DNA of 64,000 nt, from positions 120,722-184,721 of the forward strand of contig CAZYIX010000002.1 in assembly GCA_964647665.1 (NCBI GenBank), in the 5' to 3' direction. Below are positions 29,180 through 38,384 of this stretch, one piece after another (position 1 is the stretch's first letter; each line of letters opens with the position of its first letter). The notes beneath the pieces were generated by a model, which saw only the letters and a list, made by a program, of their open reading frames with translations, made no database searches and was not told the DNA's origin. Both the position numbers and the translations under genes were made by a program. The DNA comes from an uncultured Candidatus Poseidoniales archaeon (GTDB lineage Archaea; Thermoplasmatota; Poseidoniia; Poseidoniales; Thalassarchaeaceae).

Positions 29180-30156
29180 GTATGCCAAGAGCGTCTCCTA
29201 GGCATTTAGAAAGACGGCTGGATATCGATGCGTTAGCCGTATCCTGCCGCAACCGATTGGAATCCTGCTTGGATGAGGAAGGTAAGTCCCTCACACCGGT
29301 CCCACTGCCGCTGCTCAGTGTTGAGCATGAGGCTGAAGGTGTAGTCACCTTATGGGTGGATGTGCCACGCTCAATGGCTATCTCTTATTCTCCAGGTCAA
29401 TACTACATGTGCTGGAATCCCTATGATGCCGAAGGGGCAATGAAGCGTCGTGATTACAATAGTGAGAAACCCTACAGTGTTGGCGATATCAAGGTCAGTA
29501 TAGATGAGGCAAAGATGGGCTTCACCGTCAAGGACCTCGGGCGTCAATCGGGTGAACTGACTCGAATGGCTAGAGGGGATTGGTTGGCACTGCGTGGGCC
29601 ATTCGGCACCACCTTCCCCACTCCCGCTGCGGGTGATAGACTGCTGCTTATCTCAGGTGGAATCGGTTCGACACCAATGCACATGGCAGCTAAGGATGCG
29701 CGCAATCGGCTCGGTGATGAAATCGAGATTGTCGCAGTCATGGGTTTCAAGAATGCGGCGGAAGTACATTATATCGAGAGAATGCAGCAAGTTTGCGACC
29801 AATTACACATCACCACCGACGACGGTAGCATGGGGACTGCGGGATTCCCTACCGCCATTTTACCGGACCTGCTTGTCGAGGCAACCGACTTACTAGCCCA
29901 CTCCTCTAACTCTAATGAATCTGGCACGACACGGCTGTACACTTGTGGTCCAGAGCCGATGATGAAGGCTGTACTCAAAATGGCCGTCGAAGCCGGAGTC
30001 GAATCCTATGCAGCAATGGAGAGATATCTGCCGTGTAGCATGGCGGTATGCGGATTGTGTATGGTAGGAGACAAACTCACCTGCGTGGAAGGTCCTGTAA
30101 TGGAAGGCGCATGGCTGCTTGCACAGGATGACTTTGGTGCAGCCCACGCTCATTGA
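29176..30156 (+). CDS. pyrK: Dihydroorotate dehydrogenase electron-transfer subunit (PyrK)
   Basis: Start overlaps the pyrD stop by 4 nt. FAD/NAD-binding fold and C-terminal 2Fe-2S cysteine cluster 'CSMAVCGLCMVGDKLTCVEGPV'. Confidence 0.8.
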   Translation: MSMPRASPRHLERRLDIDALAVSCRNRLESCLDEEGKSLTPVPLPLLSVEHEAEGVVTLWVDVPRSMAISYSPGQYYMCWNPYDAEGAMKRRDYNSEKPYSVGDIKVSIDEAKMGFTVKDLGRQSGELTRMARGDWLALRGPFGTTFPTPAAGDRLLLISGGIGSTPMHMAAKDARNRLGDEIEIVAVMGFKNAAEVHYIERMQQVCDQLHITTDDGSMGTAGFPTAILPDLLVEATDLLAHSSNSNESGTTRLYTCGPEPMMKAVLKMAVEAGVESYAAMERYLPCSMAVCGLCMVGDKLTCVEGPVMEGAWLLAQDDFGAAHAH

Positions 30157-30191
30157 ACACAATCCTCTTGATGGAGTGGTACTAGCAAAGG

Positions 30192-30590
30192 GTGAGCGAG
30201 ATGGTAAACACACGACTGCGGGTTATCAGCGCTGCTGCCATCATGGCAATTCTTTTGATTCTGCTCAACATAGGAAATGAGCCCGAAATTGACCTCACTG
30301 TCGACCAACTTGTTTCCACAGCGCCAGAGCATGATGGTGAGGCTATCAGAATCCATGGACTGGTTGTGGCCGACAGCCTAGATATCGCCAACGATACCTT
30401 GGTTCTGGGTGGCAACGAAAATGTGGTTCGAATCAAGTTCGCTGGGCTTGCGCTGCCTGATGGCTTGTCAGAGGGCAAAACCATCTCAGTGCGTGGAGAT
30501 GTGAGCAACGACGAAGGTGAATGGGTTGTACATGCGATGGAAATCAAGACTGGATGCCCCTCAAAGTATCAGGCCGAGGCCTCACAGTGA
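30192..30590 (+). CDS. ccmE: Cytochrome c maturation heme chaperone CcmE, archaeal variant with CXXXY instead of HXXXY
   Basis: N-terminal TM anchor plus OB-fold region aligns with E. coli CcmE ('RLGGVVMPGSV...' vs 'RIHGLVVADSL...'). The position of 'KHDENY' is occupied by 'GCPSKY'. Confidence 0.7.
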   Translation: MSEMVNTRLRVISAAAIMAILLILLNIGNEPEIDLTVDQLVSTAPEHDGEAIRIHGLVVADSLDIANDTLVLGGNENVVRIKFAGLALPDGLSEGKTISVRGDVSNDEGEWVVHAMEIKTGCPSKYQAEASQ

Positions 30591-30629
30591 GCCGGCCAAA
30601 CCCCACCGTTGGGTTGATATGGACCCCAA

Positions 30630-30950
30630 TTCAGCAGCAGTCGGGCTAGGAGGGGGGTTGGCGTCCCCTGTATCGCAAATCGCAACATGGCGGTCCGAAC
30701 GCCCGGGAGCGGCGAAGACGAGCAGTGCACGACGCATCTGTGGACGTTGATGCCTCGCCTCTATGTGATCGAGGTTCTGGGAAACTGTATTCGGAAGAAA
30801 ATAGAAACTCACTCATCGGGGGATCAGGTCAGGCCAGGAATGGAGCAGCCCTACCCGAAGCCTATGGTGCCATGGAGAAACGGGGTGGAGAAAACGGATG
30901 TATCATCGTGTGCTGAAACGAGCGTCCATCCCGGGCCTGCCCACCTGAAG
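30630..30950 (+). ncRNA. Candidate signal recognition particle RNA (7S/SRP RNA)
   Basis: A 360-nt non-coding gap between convergent genes contains 'CAGGTCAGGCCAGGAATGGAGCAGCC' (30824-30850). It closely matches the universally conserved SRP RNA helix-8 (domain IV) motif 'CAGGUCAGGUCCGGAAGGAAGCAGCC'. GC-rich flanks with complementary GCCCGGGA/TCCCGGGC segments (30701, 30927). Exact ends are not determined. Confidence 0.45.
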
Positions 30951-33197
30951 TTATTCTTCGCTTTGTGAGCTATGGCTTGGCAAATGGTTGAGCGAGAGGC
31001 AAGTTGCGAGAATTACAGAGAGCAGAATGCTGATGCTCAGTAACTTCCCGGTGCTATGAGTCGGTGGGAAGGTCGCCATTGCCAGCATGACAAATACTGA
31101 GCAAGATGTTGCTGCGGCCCACCACCTTGCGGAATTATCCCGACGTGTAGGTGGGTGTTCTGCACTTGCATGAGATAGATAATCTGCGGTGAACCCCATG
31201 CCCAAGAGAACGGCAGGTGCGGTACTATTGTCGCGACCATCCATAAGACTGGCTAATCCATCGACCGCGATTCCGATAGCGATGGTTCCTATGGCAATTC
31301 GGGCGGCACGCTTCGGAGAGCGTAATACGAAGTATGACACAAGGAATATCCCAACACCGGCTGCCAGAATTTGAGTAATCCGGCTTTCTTCGAATGCGTG
31401 GGCCAGTGCTGCTCCAGTTGGTAAATCACCTCCAGCAATTCCCGAAATTCCATTTTTGTCTAACAAATCCTCGACATCTTCGGAAAAAATCAGTGCACCC
31501 TCGGCATCACTACCATCAATCAATACGCCAATGGCAATACCAGTTGTAACTCCATCACGTTGCAATCTTGAATCGGCAATGAGTATTGAGCCGCCTGATG
31601 AAGCGAAAACACTGTCAATAGTTGCATTACTACTTTCATTGTCAGAATTAGGAATTCCTAAAATCATCGGGAATCTTATCAATCCAGTATCAATAGAAAC
31701 CACACTTGGATGCAGACTTATCTGTTCCTGAAGTTCGACAATTTGCTCAAAGTCTTCTGGAGAATCTCCTTCGACGTCGACCAATACCCACGCGATTGTG
31801 CTAGAAGCAAGAATATACTGCGATTGTAATTCCTCCATTTCCCCAATTGAGGGGTCATTTTCAGGCAGGAATTGATGTACATCTAGTACATTTACCCCCG
31901 GAGGAGCAATCACTGCAATAGAGGTCAACAGAATGAGGGCTATCGGCCAAGACCACGTTAATTTGCTCTGAGGTCGAATAATCTCAGATTCAATCGTAGC
32001 ATCGATTTCTGAACGCCTGTTCAGGTAGAAGTCCTCAAGCACGTAGCGGGTGAGTGCCCAGGATATAGAAATCCCAACAATCATCACAAATGACAGAGAC
32101 CTTTGTGCCCTGACAGGCGACAATAATGCTAGCGAAATGGCTGCAATGGTGGTTACCATCGCAACGAATAGCATTGTTCGCACTTCATCGCGGCCTCTTG
32201 ATGATTTGCAATACCAGAAGGCACCGTCAACTGCAACGCCAATAATAATCGGAAAGGCAATCATATCTATTATTGAAAATCTATAGCCAAGTGCCGATAA
32301 CAGCCCCAACTCGGCTCCAATAACCAATCCTGCACCTCCCAAGGTGGCAGCAGCGACACGCAAATCCCTCAATCCGATTGCTAGAACCAAGGCGAGAACC
32401 ACCAATGCAGGAAAGAGAACCTTTGCCATGTCCTCTTCAGCAATATTTCTGGATTTGGCAAACATCATGTTCAGGCCAACTGCCGAAACCTCAAATTCGG
32501 TTGAATCACTAATCTTCTGTGCCCAATCATTCAGCAAATTCCAATCTGGATTAGGTTGTTCGCTCTCAAACCATACCAACCAAATTACCTCGTTGGCCTG
32601 TGGTGGTTGTGTTGCCGACGCACCAGAAAAATCTGGGCAAGCAACCCCATAATTGGAGCCTTCAGGTAGTAACAGCATAGTGGCTTGCAGGGCTGCATTC
32701 TCTTGTTCGGTGGAACTATTCCCACACCACCCATTTTCTAGAGTTGGCTGTAACACATCAGCCCACCTAGTGGCATTTTGCAGCGAGCGATTTCTGGAGG
32801 CAAAGGCATCAGACCAACTGCTGAAAGGCGATTCTATTCGGCCAAATCTAATTCCCTCTACATCCCATGAAGTCTCGGGATTTGAACCATCGATGGCTTC
32901 CTGTTCAAGTTGTATCAAACTCTGAACTCGAGATAGATTGCTAGTAAGCCATTCACCATCATCATGGTTGATTCTCAACACGAGTTGTCCATCCAATTTA
33001 CTAGCCGATTCATCATCAAGCCTTGTTTCAACTTCGGCCGCGAACAGTAGTTCAGTTGAGAGTGTAGGTTCAGCAGGAAAAGGCACGAGCAGACCGCAAC
33101 ACATCACTAGCACCAGCACCACGGCCAGCCGGACTTGCTTTGGGCCCATGTCGAACCCTCTTTGCCGACCGCGAATCATCTTTGCTCGTATACGCAA
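30951..33197 (-). CDS. RND-superfamily exporter (COG1033 / MMPL-like), 748 aa
   Basis: Signal-anchor, large periplasmic domain, 6-TM cluster, second soluble domain, second TM cluster. Paralogous architecture to 2267-5245. Confidence 0.5.
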   Translation of the reverse strand: MRIRAKMIRGRQRGFDMGPKQVRLAVVLVLVMCCGLLVPFPAEPTLSTELLFAAEVETRLDDESASKLDGQLVLRINHDDGEWLTSNLSRVQSLIQLEQEAIDGSNPETSWDVEGIRFGRIESPFSSWSDAFASRNRSLQNATRWADVLQPTLENGWCGNSSTEQENAALQATMLLLPEGSNYGVACPDFSGASATQPPQANEVIWLVWFESEQPNPDWNLLNDWAQKISDSTEFEVSAVGLNMMFAKSRNIAEEDMAKVLFPALVVLALVLAIGLRDLRVAAATLGGAGLVIGAELGLLSALGYRFSIIDMIAFPIIIGVAVDGAFWYCKSSRGRDEVRTMLFVAMVTTIAAISLALLSPVRAQRSLSFVMIVGISISWALTRYVLEDFYLNRRSEIDATIESEIIRPQSKLTWSWPIALILLTSIAVIAPPGVNVLDVHQFLPENDPSIGEMEELQSQYILASSTIAWVLVDVEGDSPEDFEQIVELQEQISLHPSVVSIDTGLIRFPMILGIPNSDNESSNATIDSVFASSGGSILIADSRLQRDGVTTGIAIGVLIDGSDAEGALIFSEDVEDLLDKNGISGIAGGDLPTGAALAHAFEESRITQILAAGVGIFLVSYFVLRSPKRAARIAIGTIAIGIAVDGLASLMDGRDNSTAPAVLLGMGFTADYLSHASAEHPPTRRDNSARWWAAATSCSVFVMLAMATFPPTHSTGKLLSISILLSVILATCLSLNHLPSHSSQSEE

Positions 33198-33245
33198 TCT
33201 TGAGAGATGTTCTGCATTGTTCGTATCATGCTTGCGATTAAGTGG

Positions 33246-36200
33246 TCATGTCCACTCATTCCACTGACCGGTTGTGGGATCCTTCCACCACCACGAATCG
33301 CTTCCTTCAGGATGCTCAAGAACCTCATAGCCATCCCGCATTTCACCGACCATGCCAGGGGCTGGAACATCAGGACCGGGTTCAAAGGCGCGGTCAACTT
33401 CATTCATCAAATCCTCATTCCAAACGCCTTCGTCCTTCCGTTTCCTTGTAATCACGATTACAGTTCCCACTGCTGCAACAAGCACCACTAATCCAACTAT
33501 TATTCCTATAATTAGTAGCGCATTAGTTAGGAAAGTGGAAGAGGAGACTCCTGAGTCACCTGAACTTCCATCGCCGGTTTCGTTACCTGTTACATTGCCA
33601 GTTCCGTTATCGGTTCCATTACCAGTTTCATTGCCAGTTTGGTTACCAGTTCCGTTGCCGGTACCACCATCCGGAAGAGCACAACCTGTCGCGTCGACTA
33701 TTGTTCCTACAGTGGTATTTGGGCAATCATCATCGATGTCATAGACGCCATCACCATCTGTATCAGGAAGGGTGCAACCCAGCGCATCAACCTGAGCCCC
33801 AGACGGTGTTCCGGGGCAATCATCGTCCGCATCATTGACGCCGTCGCCATCGGTATCTGTGGGCAACACTACTCCATCATCAGTCACGATGATGGTCAAT
33901 TCTGCAGGGTTGTACATGCCACCAGATACGCGGACAATAATTGTGCCAACAGTCACTCCAAACAGCACTTGTCCGTTATCATCAGTGACCATGCCATACA
34001 GAGTCACATCGTCTCTGACCAATGTGACAGATAGTCCGTCAACAGGCTGATGGTCTTCATTGACCACGGTAATTTGAACTATATCACCCGGCATTGGATT
34101 TGCCGGACTGAAACTCATGGACAAATTGGTCATTACAGGTGGTTCTGGATTGGGCTCCGCTTCCGCCCAATTAAGAGCCGCAATCATTTCCGCATCCTCG
34201 CCATCGCCAACTTGAGCGATAGCTAGCACGGTGTAAGTGTCCTGAGGAGCGGATAGAATTGGCAACCGCAAATCTGCACTGGAGCCTTGACCCCATGCGA
34301 CCGAATCAAGGCGACCAAAGAAATCATCAAACATCTCAAATGCTTCTATTTCTGACTCTTCTTGGTCACCGGGGCACATACTCCAATCAGAGTCGCCTTC
34401 GATCCACCACCAATTATCATCTCCATATTCGACATGGAATTGATACTCACCTTGGTAATCCGAATTACTCGTCAGAGTATACAATCTTGTTTCTTGGGTG
34501 TTCACGCTGTATTTCGCGTAGTAGTATCCTTTTTCCGAATCCCATGTCCAATCAGATACTGGAGTGATTACCGTGTCATCCCAATCTGTTAGTACAGCAT
34601 TGGATGCGTCGTAGTTGGGGTCTGGTGTGAAGGATGTGTAATCGTAATTCATTCCTTGACGTAGAATCATTCTGACATTGGACATGTCCTCCGTTGTCGT
34701 TCCATCTTCTTCATGGTAAGATTCGAATTGCTCACAAACTTCCGTCAGTTCATTTTCGGCCGCAATCCATCCGACCTCTTCCCTAACTCCTTCGCCCCAC
34801 GCCAATTCAGTGAATGCCCCAAGGTCTATCGATGCAGGGTCAAGGCCGCTTTCTGGTGCTGCCAAAGCAAGTATGCGTGATGCAACTCCATCAGCAGCGC
34901 TAAGGGCAATATTGGTAGTTTGTCCCGGTCCTAGCGTTCCATCCATTTCTAGAGAACCAGGATTGTTCAGCAGAATACCTGCGTGAATTGCATTGGGGAA
35001 TAGTTGCTCCTCATCTTCATTTATCATCACTGCAATCATTGTTACTGGAGAAGTTAGTCTCACCTCTTGACTTCGAGAGGTGTCTCCTTGTTGGAATTCA
35101 AGTTCATATTCGGTAGCCTCCGACCATACCTCATCATCAATATCCGGGAATGCTACTGACAGGTCCATCGGTGCAATACCTAGCCAAGCCGTGTAATCGT
35201 CTGCATCTACACCAGTAGGTGTTACGGTGATGGTGGTAAGGCCGCCTGAATCAGTGGAAACAGTGTAAACAGGCATACCAGCAATTGTGGTCTCCTGATG
35301 TAAATCACCGAACGACACTGAGGCTTCGGTTACAGCGACTAGGTTCATACTCAATCCAGTGAGTGTTGCTCCATCATCTCTGGTAATCTGCGATTGTACT
35401 ATGCTGATATACACGCCAGGCAGATTTGGCTGGACAGTGAGGCTTACTTCACCATCACTGCCAGAAGTCATGATTTGCTCATCTATCACTTCAAAAGGAC
35501 CATCTGTGAAGAAAGCGTCAATGATTTGCGCTGAAGGCATGAATGATTCATCGCTCTTCAGTTCACACCAACCGACCTCGATCCATCCCTCGTGGGATTC
35601 AGAACTCTCCTTCCAGAATCCCTGATAGCGGTTGTAATTCAGGTAATGGGTAGTCTCATCGTTATTCTCGTCAGTGTACTGAACAGTAATGTCGTATTCG
35701 TCCCAAGTACCTTCAGCATATTCATGGCTCTCCCATCCATCCTCGCGATCTTCTTCGCCTGCCGCACCGTTCTGATGCATCCAAGAATCTCCATCACCCC
35801 AATCAATAGATATCGAGGAAAGTCCCGGTTTCTCAAATTCCCCTTCATCGTGACGGAAGTTCTCGTAATTCCATCCGACATTGACCCACCGGTCACCACC
35901 GGAAGCCTCTGTTCTTGCACAGCCACTAGTTCCGGGTAGTGGAACTTGCTGCATGAATTCAAATTCAAGGCCGGTATCTGTAACTCCGGTGGTTATTACA
36001 TCAGCAAGGCCGCCATTAGGTAGGCTGCTGCTGCTCGCAGACCAATAGGAACCCATGCCAGATATTTCGATATCGTCCTCAATTTCTGCTGTTTGAGGGT
36101 GGTAGTGTCCTTGCCTTTCTTCTCGGTCTTCATCACCACTGTACTCAGAAATTGTTGCACTTAGATCTCCATCGAGGTCGCTTCCATCATAACTACCAGT

Positions 36201-38384
36201 CACCATGCTGGTGGATAGGGTGATTTCAACTCCTCCTTCAGATTCAAATTGACTGAGCGCTTCTTCAATGAGTTGTGGTGAGGTGCGCAAAATTGCAATA
36301 TCAACCTCTGCTCCTGCAACACTTCCTGCGTAGTCATAGGTCAGCGCAGTGACATCATACGGAGCACTCACAAGCGTGGTTTCATCTTGTTCAACAAGCA
36401 CTCCTACGGCTGAAACTATGAAATGCTCATCTGAAGATTCCCACGACATTGCCTCAAGCATTGAGGGGCGCAAGGTTTCCATATTGAGTTCGGCTCTTTC
36501 TATTTCACAGCCCATGCTAGCACAATCAGGCTCGAAATTCTCAAGCGGTTGGGTAAATGACCACGTAGCATCTTCGATATGAGTTGCAGTTAACCTACCG
36601 TAGTAGCGATGACGGTCATCATCATCCTGCTGAAGAACTGTACTTACCATAGCCCCATGATTGTTGTTCATACTCATCGAGAATTGTGTTGGATAGTCAT
36701 CGTCATCCCAAGGACCCCAGAATGCCATTTCGATACCAATGTCGAGAATATTAGCATCGTATACGGAGGTGCGAACGTCGTATAGTTCCTCGAAAATCAC
36801 TGAATCGTCAGACTCACCGGACTCGCCTTCTCCCTCTTCCTCACTTGGCTCCCAATCTAGATTTCTGTCAACACCTGATGCATTTTCCATCCAGTCGGTG
36901 AACGTTGCCAGGTCTTCCATTACATCTCCCAATGCTGGGTGGTCCATTGCGGTAAACGCGTGATCGATAATATCCTCGGGTAACGTGTTGAAGTCATCGA
37001 AAACATCGTTCACATATGAGGAAGAAGCACTGGATTCCATTTTGGCTGTCCATGCTTGGCCCTCAGTGGTTTCAAGGAGATATTCATATTGCCAAGTTAT
37101 TACATCAGGCCTCTCATCTCCATCCAAATCCTGAACGTCTGTCTCGGCTAGTTCCTCAGCCATAACAATCCATTTGAAAAGTAATTTCTGATACGGCGTC
37201 ATGCTTTCTTCATCCCCCTCCATTAGTGGCAGAATCCAAGCCTCCAATGCTTCAGCGATTGCATCTGGATGAACGGAAACTGAAAGCAGAGCCAGATTGT
37301 GCATGATAATCTGAACAGATTCGAACGATTTGGTGCCATTGGCCAGATTATCCAACGCCCCCTCAAGAGCGGCCCATTCATCACTTCCAAGCATGGCATT
37401 GTAAGCTGCTTCAAAGTCTCCAGTTCCCTCAAAACGAGTGAAATTCTCTATTGCGTTGAACGTTTGCATATATTCTGCTAGTTCATCGAAATCGTTCAAA
37501 GTTCTAGGAAGTGGCAGTTCATGCAAATAGAGTAGAAGTCCGGTGATTAACGACATACTGGCGTCGACATCATTGGAGTCAAAGAACTCCATCAGTGCTT
37601 CAAGGAAATCGGCTCCTGCAGACATCTCGTACTGGTTGTGACCAGCATAAATCATTGCATCCCAGAGTTCCTCGCTATTGCCGGAACCCGGCTCTTTTGT
37701 CGCAGTTGTAACAAACGATGACCAACCTCCTTGACTGGTGCCCTCAGCGTCCAAAACGTCGAATTCGGATTTGATTGCCATCGTTGGATTTGCAGAATCC
37801 CATGCAGTATCTACCGATTGAAGCAATTTCTCAACTTCGCCCCGCAAAACTTCTTGCAATTGAGTGGGGTCATCTGCAACTCGCATATTGCCATCTTCGG
37901 CAAAAATACGTGCCCCATACAATCCACCGAGTGCATAGACAGGGACAACGTAAGTTCCCTCCCAAGTCATTGTATTGCCATCTTCTTCATGAGGACCATT
38001 ACTTGTCAACACCACTGTGTCAATATATGTTCCAACGTCACCAAAAACATCAGCACCTTTGATCGCATCTATCGGGGTGACATCGTAATGAATGATGTCT
38101 GCAGTGACTATAGTTGACGAAGAATGTCCACGGGTCAATGCATTTATCTCAACGGCCGAACCAACAGTTGCTAGTTTGGTGTTTACAAAACCATCAATAC
38201 TCAAAGTTGTTTGAGTTCCACCAGATATCGCGTTGTCGTTCGGTGCTGTAATTTCAGCCATGCTCGGTTGCACCGACATGCATAGCATCAGGGCCACAAT
38301 CAGAAGTGCAGTGCGCTTCATAACCCGTGGAGTAATATCAAGTACTTTACCGGTTTCCATAGGAAACCGTTGAAAATAGGTCAA
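33246..38384 (-). CDS. Giant acidic cell-surface protein (1712 aa) with TSP3-like Ca-binding repeats, a glycosylation-sequon stalk, C-terminal TM anchor and cytoplasmic tail
   Basis: Signal peptide 'MKRTALLIVALMLCMSVQPSMA'. 'DTDGDGVNDADDDCPGT...DTDGDGVYDIDDDCPNT' repeats. Stalk 'GNGTGNQTGNETGNGTDNGTGNVTGNETG' carries seven consecutive N-x-T sequons. TM 'ALLIIGIIVGLVVLVAAVGTVIVI' followed by 'RKRKDEG'. Confidence 0.6.
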   Translation of the reverse strand: MTYFQRFPMETGKVLDITPRVMKRTALLIVALMLCMSVQPSMAEITAPNDNAISGGTQTTLSIDGFVNTKLATVGSAVEINALTRGHSSSTIVTADIIHYDVTPIDAIKGADVFGDVGTYIDTVVLTSNGPHEEDGNTMTWEGTYVVPVYALGGLYGARIFAEDGNMRVADDPTQLQEVLRGEVEKLLQSVDTAWDSANPTMAIKSEFDVLDAEGTSQGGWSSFVTTATKEPGSGNSEELWDAMIYAGHNQYEMSAGADFLEALMEFFDSNDVDASMSLITGLLLYLHELPLPRTLNDFDELAEYMQTFNAIENFTRFEGTGDFEAAYNAMLGSDEWAALEGALDNLANGTKSFESVQIIMHNLALLSVSVHPDAIAEALEAWILPLMEGDEESMTPYQKLLFKWIVMAEELAETDVQDLDGDERPDVITWQYEYLLETTEGQAWTAKMESSASSSYVNDVFDDFNTLPEDIIDHAFTAMDHPALGDVMEDLATFTDWMENASGVDRNLDWEPSEEEGEGESGESDDSVIFEELYDVRTSVYDANILDIGIEMAFWGPWDDDDYPTQFSMSMNNNHGAMVSTVLQQDDDDRHRYYGRLTATHIEDATWSFTQPLENFEPDCASMGCEIERAELNMETLRPSMLEAMSWESSDEHFIVSAVGVLVEQDETTLVSAPYDVTALTYDYAGSVAGAEVDIAILRTSPQLIEEALSQFESEGGVEITLSTSMVTGSYDGSDLDGDLSATISEYSGDEDREERQGHYHPQTAEIEDDIEISGMGSYWSASSSSLPNGGLADVITTGVTDTGLEFEFMQQVPLPGTSGCARTEASGGDRWVNVGWNYENFRHDEGEFEKPGLSSISIDWGDGDSWMHQNGAAGEEDREDGWESHEYAEGTWDEYDITVQYTDENNDETTHYLNYNRYQGFWKESSESHEGWIEVGWCELKSDESFMPSAQIIDAFFTDGPFEVIDEQIMTSGSDGEVSLTVQPNLPGVYISIVQSQITRDDGATLTGLSMNLVAVTEASVSFGDLHQETTIAGMPVYTVSTDSGGLTTITVTPTGVDADDYTAWLGIAPMDLSVAFPDIDDEVWSEATEYELEFQQGDTSRSQEVRLTSPVTMIAVMINEDEEQLFPNAIHAGILLNNPGSLEMDGTLGPGQTTNIALSAADGVASRILALAAPESGLDPASIDLGAFTELAWGEGVREEVGWIAAENELTEVCEQFESYHEEDGTTTEDMSNVRMILRQGMNYDYTSFTPDPNYDASNAVLTDWDDTVITPVSDWTWDSEKGYYYAKYSVNTQETRLYTLTSNSDYQGEYQFHVEYGDDNWWWIEGDSDWSMCPGDQEESEIEAFEMFDDFFGRLDSVAWGQGSSADLRLPILSAPQDTYTVLAIAQVGDGEDAEMIAALNWAEAEPNPEPPVMTNLSMSFSPANPMPGDIVQITVVNEDHQPVDGLSVTLVRDDVTLYGMVTDDNGQVLFGVTVGTIIVRVSGGMYNPAELTIIVTDDGVVLPTDTDGDGVNDADDDCPGTPSGAQVDALGCTLPDTDGDGVYDIDDDCPNTTVGTIVDATGCALPDGGTGNGTGNQTGNETGNGTDNGTGNVTGNETGDGSSGDSGVSSSTFLTNALLIIGIIVGLVVLVAAVGTVIVITRKRKDEGVWNEDLMNEVDRAFEPGPDVPAPGMVGEMRDGYEVLEHPEGSDSWWWKDPTTGQWNEWT
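33572..33672 (-). repeat. Imperfect 9-12-nt tandem repeat (CCAGTTYCRTTRCC-like) encoding the (G-N-x-T)n stalk of the giant surface protein
   Basis: Visible directly in the sequence at 33575-33670. It is in-frame coding low complexity, not a CRISPR array. Confidence 0.6.

Noticed and set aside
33572-33672. Possible CRISPR-like short repeats
   Set aside because: Units are only 9-12 nt, lack unique spacers, and lie in-frame within a coding sequence (GNxT stalk). No CRISPR array is present in the window.
33352-34050. Several 70-130-aa plus-strand ORFs inside the giant minus-strand gene, with similar shadow ORFs in alaS, topA and the TSP3 gene
   Set aside because: They lie antisense to long well-supported genes, with Pro/Ser/Thr-rich repetitive translations.
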